From: a bacterium | GTDB lineage: Bacteria; Zhuqueibacterota; Zhuqueibacteria; Zhuqueibacterales; Zhuqueibacteraceae | Assembly: GCA_044869275.1 (NCBI GenBank) | Contig: JBIOXB010000182.1 | Coordinates: 1 to 23,731, forward strand | Length of the DNA stretch: 23,731 nt | Reading direction: 5' to 3' | Part shown: one piece after another, positions 15,170 through 21,122 of the stretch | Layout: each line of letters begins with the position of its first letter | Position numbering within the stretch: position 1 is the stretch's first letter | Translations under genes and position numbers: made by a program | Notes under the pieces: generated by a model | Told to the model about the DNA's origin: nothing | Databases searched by the model: none | Seen by the model: only the letters and a program-made list of their open reading frames with translations

Positions 15170-16162
15170 TCATTCCTCTTTCGCCTGGCGCATTTTTTCG
15201 ATTTCCACTGCGCGCTGCCGCAAACTATCCGCCTGGGATTGCCGCCGCAGACGCCATTGTTGCATGCGCTTCTGCCATTCGCGCAAATCCTGGTCGGATA
15301 GATCGCTCACGTTTCCGGGCCAGATCAGCGAAACCAATGGATCGAGCGCGACGGCGGCGCCGGTGTCGGAATTCCTCGATTCCAAAAGACCAGAGCTGAC
15401 TGCAGGTGCAGCATCTTCGGTGCTCACGGTGGCTTGAGTCGCGCGCAAACCTTCGTTGGCCGGATCGAGCAAGGCCAATTCTTGGGTAAATTCCTGCATG
15501 CGCCGACGCAGCGAGGCCTCTTCCTGCATCGCCGCAAGTTTTTGTTCGAAGGCGCGCAGTTCGCGCTCCACACGATCAGCTTGATCGTGCAAAAAGTCCG
15601 CTTTGCGCTGCAATGTGTACGCGTCGTCCTCCGGCTCTACGCGGACCTCGTAAATCAACACTGGCGGCGGCGGCTCGTCCAGAATTTGCTGGCAGTTTTT
15701 TTGCCATTGGCGGCAAGACTGCAATTCGAGATTAAGGCGTTGATTCGTGCCGGTGTCGCGCTTTTTTTTCGCCGCAGCTTTTGCCTCCGCCAAACTCGCG
15801 ATTTCGGTATTCAGATTTTTGAGCAATGTTTCAGCTTTTTGCCGCAAGCGCCGATCCGTGCTTTGTGCCCGGCTCTGCAAGCTTTGCAGGCTATCAGCCA
15901 GGACTTGAGAAATGCGGTAAGTTTCGTTGAGTGAACGGGTTTCCAGAGGGGACGCTGGCCTAGCCTTGATGCGCGAAATCGTCTGTGCCACGCTATCCGC
16001 TCGCCTGGACATAAGCTGTTGTTCCACATGAATATCAACCAGACGCTGGGCGAGAGAGTCCATCTCGATTTTCAACAGGCGGCTCTCCGGCGACTGCGCC
16101 CCGGCCCGCCCACACAAAACTAAGAATATCGCAGGTATGAATAGTTTTCGCAATGTCGTCAT
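15170..16162 (-). CDS. Exported coiled-coil protein of unknown function
   Basis: Signal peptide (AGA-Q); heptad-rich helices with a PPPP linker; ends 6 nt before the barrel start. Start ATG 16162 or TTG 16171. Confidence 0.75.
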   Translation of the reverse strand: MTTLRKLFIPAIFLVLCGRAGAQSPESRLLKIEMDSLAQRLVDIHVEQQLMSRRADSVAQTISRIKARPASPLETRSLNETYRISQVLADSLQSLQSRAQSTDRRLRQKAETLLKNLNTEIASLAEAKAAAKKKRDTGTNQRLNLELQSCRQWQKNCQQILDEPPPPVLIYEVRVEPEDDAYTLQRKADFLHDQADRVERELRAFEQKLAAMQEEASLRRRMQEFTQELALLDPANEGLRATQATVSTEDAAPAVSSGLLESRNSDTGAAVALDPLVSLIWPGNVSDLSDQDLREWQKRMQQWRLRRQSQADSLRQRAVEIEKMRQAKEE

Positions 16163-16341
16163 CGTCAGCAAGCAGTTTGTTCACTGCAATGATATGATTT
16201 TCCGGAATAAAAAACAAATTTCATTCCAAAAAAGTGTTGCGAATTTAGACAAGCTGAAACATATTGCCAGTAGGTATCAGTTACCGGCCATTCGAAGTGA
16301 GTGGCTGCGATGATTTTCTAGACATGGAGTTCCAAAGGAAA

Positions 16342-17145
16342 ATGTCCGGCGAAGCCAATTGGCGCGAACAGATTTGCGAGATTGGGCGGCGCATGTATGC
16401 GCGCAACATGGTTGCGGCGAACGACGGCAATCTCAGCGTCCGGCTCCCCGAGGGCACCATTCTGGCGACGCCGACGGGGGTGTGCAAGGGTTTCATGTCG
16501 CCGGAGATGATGGTCCGCGTGGATCGTGAAGGCCGGCCGCAGGACGGGCGCAAGCCCTCAACCGAGATTTTGATGCATTTGTTCGTCTATCGCGAGCGAC
16601 CGGAAGTGAATGCCGTGGTGCATGCGCATCCGGTTTATGCCACGGGCTTCGCGACCGCGGGGCTTTCTTTGGAAGACTGCGTGGCGGCGGAAATCATCGC
16701 CACGCTCGGTTCGATTCCGCTCGCGCAATACGGTACTCCCTCCACGCCGGAATTGCCGGAATCGTTGCGGCCCCATATTCATCGTGCCGATGCGATTTTG
16801 CTCGCCAATCACGGCGTGGTGACCGTGGGTGCGGATTTATGGGAGGCTTATTTTCGCCTCGAGCGCGTCGAGCATTATGCGCATATCGTCTCCGTGGCGC
16901 GCCAGCTCGGCGGCGAAAAACTACTGCCGCCAGAGCAGGTGGAAAAACTGTTCGCGCTGCGGGGCAAATACGGGCAAACCGGTCTGAATCCCGGCTGCGC
17001 CACCTGTGAAGGTGAATGTATCGGTACGGCATGCTGGAATTATGCCAGCAAGTACGATCCTGCCGGTATCGACCATTTTGGCGCAGTCGTTGACCGTGTG
17101 ATGCAGCACCTGCGTGCCTCTCTCGGAGGTGATCACGAAGCATGA
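16342..17145 (+). CDS. Class II aldolase/adducin family protein (fuculose-phosphate aldolase-like) with C-terminal extension
   Basis: DGNLS, TPTG, PSTE..MH, VVHAHP and LANHG Zn-binding motifs. Start 16324 or 16342. Confidence 0.9.
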   Translation: MSGEANWREQICEIGRRMYARNMVAANDGNLSVRLPEGTILATPTGVCKGFMSPEMMVRVDREGRPQDGRKPSTEILMHLFVYRERPEVNAVVHAHPVYATGFATAGLSLEDCVAAEIIATLGSIPLAQYGTPSTPELPESLRPHIHRADAILLANHGVVTVGADLWEAYFRLERVEHYAHIVSVARQLGGEKLLPPEQVEKLFALRGKYGQTGLNPGCATCEGECIGTACWNYASKYDPAGIDHFGAVVDRVMQHLRASLGGDHEA

Positions 17146-17218
17146 ATTGCCCGATAATTTTTCCCCAAGTGTGAAAATTATTTAGTCAAGCCCTCCTGTG
17201 AGCCTGCTGACTTTCCGC

Positions 17219-17247
17219 TTGCTTGTCAGAATCGGTCATGGTATTTT
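17219..17247 (+). promoter_or_regulatory. Sigma70-type promoter upstream of moaA
   Basis: TTGCTT-N17-TATTTT with extended -10 TG. Confidence 0.5.
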
Positions 17248-17305
17248 GAACAGAAATAGTGTGCCGTTCAGGAGGAATCAGACTGTACGAAAACTTGGGA
17301 AGGCC

Positions 17306-17330
17306 GCACCCTGAGCTTGTCGAAGGGTGC
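17306..17330. repeat. REP-like palindromic unit (CCCTGAGCTTGTCGAAGGG type)
   Basis: GCACCCT-GAGCTTGTCGA-AGGGTGC hairpin; partial partner GCTTCGA at 17347. Confidence 0.65.
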
Positions 17331-17366
17331 GCAGTTCAAGAATCAGGCTTCGATTGGCATATTAGC

Positions 17367-18356
17367 ATGAAACCATTAATCGACTCTTTCGGCCGCATCG
17401 TCAGCAATTTGCGCATCTCCATTACCGATCGCTGCAACTTCCGTTGCCGCTATTGCATGCCCGAAGAAGACGTCAAGTGGATGGCGCGGCAGAATATTCT
17501 CACCTTCGAAGAAATCGTGCGGCTGGCCAAGTTGTTCATTGCGCTTGGCATTAAAAAAATTCGCCTCACCGGCGGCGAACCGACGCTGCGCAAAGACCTG
17601 CCGCAATTGGTGGCCATGCTCGCGCCCTTGCCCGGCTTGAGGGATTTGGGCTTGACCACGAACGGCTATTTTTTAAAGGAATTGTCGGGGGAATTGTATC
17701 GCGCCGGTTTGCGGCGCATCAATGTCAGCGTGGATTCGCTATCGCCTGCGCGTTTCAATGAGATGGCACGGCGGCCGGCTTATGAAAAAGTCATGGCCGG
17801 CTTGGAAGAATTGGCCAAATATCAGATCCGCCCGGTGAAAATCAACACCGTCATCATGAAGGGTTTTAATCATGACGAAGTGCTGCCGCTGGTCGAATTC
17901 GCGCGCGCGCATGATTATCAGGTGCGCTTCATCGAATTCATGCCGCTTGACGGCGAAGGCGTGTGGAGCCGCGAGCAGGTCATGACCACCGCGGAAATCC
18001 TGGAAATCGTGCAATCCCGCTATCTCGTTTTTCCGAAAGAAACGCGCGCCGATCACGTGCCGGCCGACACCTATGTCTTTGCCGAGGGCCGCGGCGAGAT
18101 CGGCTTCATCAGCTCGGTGAGCGAGCCTTTCTGTTATTCCTGCAATCGCGTGCGCATGACGGCGGATGGCCATTTCCGCACGTGCTTGTTTTCGCTCGAA
18201 GAAACCGATTTGAAAACGCCGATGCGCGAGGGGGCCTCCGACGCCGAGCTGGCAAAAATGATTCGCGATGCGGTTTGGAAGAAAGAAGAGGGGCATCAAA
18301 TCAACCTTGCCACCTTCATCAAACCGGAGCGCAATATGTCGCAAATCGGGGGGTGA
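17367..18356 (+). CDS. moaA: GTP 3',8-cyclase, molybdenum cofactor biosynthesis
   Basis: LRISITDRCNFRCRYC radical-SAM motif, LTGGEP, FCYSCNRVR..C, C-terminal MSQIGG; starts MKPLIDSFGR. Confidence 0.96.
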   Translation: MKPLIDSFGRIVSNLRISITDRCNFRCRYCMPEEDVKWMARQNILTFEEIVRLAKLFIALGIKKIRLTGGEPTLRKDLPQLVAMLAPLPGLRDLGLTTNGYFLKELSGELYRAGLRRINVSVDSLSPARFNEMARRPAYEKVMAGLEELAKYQIRPVKINTVIMKGFNHDEVLPLVEFARAHDYQVRFIEFMPLDGEGVWSREQVMTTAEILEIVQSRYLVFPKETRADHVPADTYVFAEGRGEIGFISSVSEPFCYSCNRVRMTADGHFRTCLFSLEETDLKTPMREGASDAELAKMIRDAVWKKEEGHQINLATFIKPERNMSQIGG

Positions 18357-18398
18357 GGGCAAAGGGCAAAAAGAAAAAAGAAAAAAGCAAAAGGCAAG
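18357..18398. repeat. 7-bp tandem repeat, 6 units (RRGMAAA-like)
   Basis: GGGCAAA GGGCAAA AAGAAAA AAGAAAA AAGCAAA AGGCAAG, directly after the moaA stop. Confidence 0.7.
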
Positions 18399-18494
18399 GC
18401 TCAAAAACGGGAGGAGCATCGTGAAACCCGGGCACAGTTTCGTGCATCTAATCTTTAAAACGCTCGAAAATATTTTTCACGAGGTGAATAGAGA

Positions 18495-19445
18495 ATGACT
18501 GGACATGAAGTTAGAGACGTGATCATTATCGGCACCGGCCCCTCCGGATATACGGCTGCCATTTACGCGGCGCGTGCGAATTTGAAACCGCTGGTGTTCG
18601 CGGGTCCCGAACCGGGCGGCCAGTTGACGATGACGACTTTGGTGGAGAATTACCCCGGTTTTCCCGAAGGCATCATGGGGCCGGAGCTGATGGAGAACAT
18701 GCGCAAGCAATCCGAGCATTTTGGAGCGGAGTTGATTCACGATGCGGTCACGCGCGTGGACTTCCGCAGGCGCCCGTTTGAGATTTTTGTCGGCGAGCAA
18801 AAGTATTTTTCCAGGACCGTGATCATTTCTTCCGGCGCTTCGGCCAAGCTGCTGGGTCTGGAATCCGAGCGCAAACTCATGGGCCGCGGGGTTTCAACCT
18901 GCGCCACTTGCGACGGTGCGTTCTTTCGCAATCAAAACGTGATCGTCGCCGGCGGCGGCGATACCGCCATGGAAGATTCCAATTTCATCACCAAATTCGC
19001 CAAAAAGGTTTACCTCGTGCATCGCCGGGATAAGCTGCGCGCTTCGAAGATCATGCAGGAGCGCGCATTCAAAAACCCTAAAATCAGCTTCATTTGGGAC
19101 ACCACCATCTCGGCCATTCACGACCTCAGCAAGAATACCGTGACCGGCGTCACGCTGGAGAATCTCATCACCGGCAAAACCTCGGAAATGCCGATCGATG
19201 GCGTTTTCGTCGCCATTGGGCATCAACCCAATACGGCGTTTCTGGGCGGGCAGGTGGAAACCGACGAGGTTGGTTACATCAAGCTCAAAAACCATACGAT
19301 GACGAGCGTCGAGGGCGTGTTTGCTGCCGGCGACGTCGTGGATCACTACTATCGCCAAGCCGTCACCGCCGCGGGCATGGGCTGCCAGGCCGCGATGGAT
19401 GTGGAAAAGTATCTTGAAGCGCAGCACCATCCGAGATCCATGTAG
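18495..19445 (+). CDS. trxB: Thioredoxin-disulfide reductase
   Basis: GTGPSG, GGQL, VENYPG, CATCDG, GGGDTA, HRRD, AAGDV, RQAVTAAG; RBS GAGGTG. Confidence 0.97.
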   Translation: MTGHEVRDVIIIGTGPSGYTAAIYAARANLKPLVFAGPEPGGQLTMTTLVENYPGFPEGIMGPELMENMRKQSEHFGAELIHDAVTRVDFRRRPFEIFVGEQKYFSRTVIISSGASAKLLGLESERKLMGRGVSTCATCDGAFFRNQNVIVAGGGDTAMEDSNFITKFAKKVYLVHRRDKLRASKIMQERAFKNPKISFIWDTTISAIHDLSKNTVTGVTLENLITGKTSEMPIDGVFVAIGHQPNTAFLGGQVETDEVGYIKLKNHTMTSVEGVFAAGDVVDHYYRQAVTAAGMGCQAAMDVEKYLEAQHHPRSM

Positions 19446-19463
19446 ATCAGCAATATTGCAAAT

Positions 19464-19507
19464 CACGTTACACTTTACACGTGTAACGTGTAAAATGTAA
19501 CGTGTAA
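19464..19507. repeat. Inverted array of 7-bp units (TTACAC/GTGTAA) forming a hairpin after trxB
   Basis: CACGTTACACTTTACAC (19464-19480) pairs with GTGTAAAATGTAACGTG (19488-19504) with 1 mismatch. Confidence 0.7.
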
Positions 19508-19550
19508 ATTGATCCCGTCAGGCCAATCTCTCTGGCTCGGATTCTTCCTC

Positions 19551-19886
19551 ATGATCAAACTCAACCTCCGCTGGCTGATACAGGCCGCTGCCTTGATTTT
19601 GGGCATTGCCAGCTTCACCAGAGTTTTCAATTGCAGCAAAGCCCTGCTCACAAATTTCTCCTCCGCCGCGCTCATTCCTTTTTTAGGCTGGATGGTTCTC
19701 TTCTTTTTCAGCTTTTTCTTATTAATGTTTACCAGCTATCTGAAACAGCGCAGTAATTTCACCTTGCGCCATCGCCTCACCCTCTTTGAAAAACTGCTTC
19801 GCGCCTTGCATCTCGAAAATTACAAAGAACGCGAAGGCATCTCCGATGCCCGCCAACGTAAGCAAAAGCAGGGGCAAGCTTCGTGA
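19551..19886 (+). CDS. Small membrane protein (about 2 TM segments), unknown function
   Basis: Two hydrophobic segments and a basic tail; fills the gap after trxB; no clear RBS. Confidence 0.6.
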   Translation: MIKLNLRWLIQAAALILGIASFTRVFNCSKALLTNFSSAALIPFLGWMVLFFFSFFLLMFTSYLKQRSNFTLRHRLTLFEKLLRALHLENYKEREGISDARQRKQKQGQAS

Positions 19887-19992
19887 TCTTGGGCGCGCGA
19901 GCTGCGCTTGCTCAAATGCATGCGCCACTCATCCCTGAGCAGGATGCCGAAAAAGTCTCGCATTGCTCCGATTCGTCATTCCCGTGAAAGCG

Positions 19993-20279
19993 CATAGGCG
20001 TCAACCGAAGGATTTGGATGCCAAAAGCCCCAAAGGGGCGGCATGCAAAAGCTTGGGGCAACGCCCCAAGATAGGGCAGGTTAAATTCTTGAGCCCCAAC
20101 GGGGCGAAATGAACAGGCTTGGAATCGTCTATTGATTTCAGCAAGCCTTGTATCGCCCTTTCAGGGCAAAGGGAACTTTGTGGTTCGCCTCTACCCAGGG
20201 TGTTGCCCTGGGCTTGGCTTATATTGCCCCTTCGGGGCACATGATCCATTTCTTCGTCAGCATTAGGTTGACGCCTATG
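19993..20279. mobile_element. 287-bp MITE with IS4/IS231-like terminal inverted repeats
   Basis: Perfect 14-bp TIR CATAGGCGTCAACC / GGTTGACGCCTATG (17/19 when extended); degenerate 10-bp flanking duplication CGTGAAAGCG / CGAGAAAACA; no transposase. Confidence 0.7.
20026..20239. repeat. REPIN-like element: three hairpins mirrored by three inverted hairpins
   Basis: AGCCCCAAAGGGGC, CTTGGGGCAACGCCCCAAG, AGCCCCAACGGGGC, then GCCCTTTCAGGGC, CCCAGGGTGTTGCCCTGGG, GCCCCTTCGGGGC. Confidence 0.75.
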
Positions 20280-20405
20280 CGAGAAAACAGGAATCCATGA
20301 ATTTGTTGGGTTTTCTGGATACCCGCTTTCGCGGGTATGACATTTAAAAGAGTCTTTCAGCATCGGGTTAGGCGTTTCGCACTTTCAAGTTGATTTCTGT
20401 TTTCA

Positions 20406-21095
20406 ATGCAAACCCTCGCCCCGCCGAATTTGCTCCGCTTGAGGAGGTCCAACCACTTGCTGCTGGCGTTTTCGTCCTTGGCGGCGCTGATTTTTTGGAT
20501 CTCCGCCATGCTTTCGCCTTATCCGGGCCGCTGGCTGATCAAATGGCTGGCCATCGCGAGCTTGGCCGCCATCGTTTGGCAGCAGCGCCGGTCGGCGCAG
20601 GAAATTTGGCTGGTGGCCGCTTTGTTTTGCCACAGCATTGGCGACGTGCTATTGGAGATGGACCGCACGAAATTATTTCTGCCGGCCGTTGGCGCATTTC
20701 TCTGCGGCCACGTTCTATATATTGTCACTTTCTGGCGAGATATCGTTGCGGTAAATCGGTTTTCTCGAACCAGCAAGATTTTGATGCTGGCCGTTGTGTT
20801 GTTCGCGCTGCTTGTAGGTAAATCGCTCATCCCACATTTGCCTCAGGCGCTGATGCTGCCCATCATCATTTACATGTTTGCCATCAGCGCGATGGCCAGC
20901 GCCGCTATTCTAGCCGATTATTCCACGAAATGGGTCGTCGCCGGCGCGATGCTGTATCTGTTTTCGGATGCCATGATTGGCTTTGACACTTTTGTCAAGC
21001 CGCTTTCTGCCGGCGCCTATCTCATCTGGCCGGCTTATTATCTGGGCCAGCTTTTGATCGCGCTGGGGTTCTTGCAAAGAAGCACGCAGGCATGA
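20406..21095 (+). CDS. YhhN family membrane protein (lysoplasmalogenase-like)
   Basis: Multi-TM protein with conserved K (LIKWL), IGDVLL, AFLCGH, LFSDAMI and IWPAYYLGQ. Confidence 0.9.
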   Translation: MQTLAPPNLLRLRRSNHLLLAFSSLAALIFWISAMLSPYPGRWLIKWLAIASLAAIVWQQRRSAQEIWLVAALFCHSIGDVLLEMDRTKLFLPAVGAFLCGHVLYIVTFWRDIVAVNRFSRTSKILMLAVVLFALLVGKSLIPHLPQALMLPIIIYMFAISAMASAAILADYSTKWVVAGAMLYLFSDAMIGFDTFVKPLSAGAYLIWPAYYLGQLLIALGFLQRSTQA

Positions 21096-21122
21096 AAGTC
21101 AGTCAAGCAAACGCATGAAATC

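Larger units (their letters stand above)
19975..20341. repeat. REP-like inverted doublet (GTCATTCCCG.GAAAGCGGGAATCCA type), left copy interrupted
   Basis: Left copy split into 19975-19992 and 20280-20297; intact inverted copy TGGATACCCGCTTTCGCGGGTATGAC at 20316-20341. Confidence 0.8.
19937..20370. mobile_element. Nested composite of non-autonomous repeats/MITEs
   Basis: Outer imperfect IRs (19943-19958 / 20349-20364), a REP pair inside them, a TIR element inside that and a palindrome array at the centre. Confidence 0.7.

Noticed and set aside
17146..17366. Moco riboswitch upstream of moaA
   Set aside because: No recognisable motif; the visible hairpin is explained by a REP-like repeat. An Rfam scan would settle it
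19975..20341. Possible CRISPR array
   Set aside because: The repeats are inverted and of different families, there are no regular spacers, and no cas genes are present
20001..20363. 120-aa minus-strand ORF as a possible transposase
   Set aside because: It is a translation of the nested repeats and has no DDE or HUH motif
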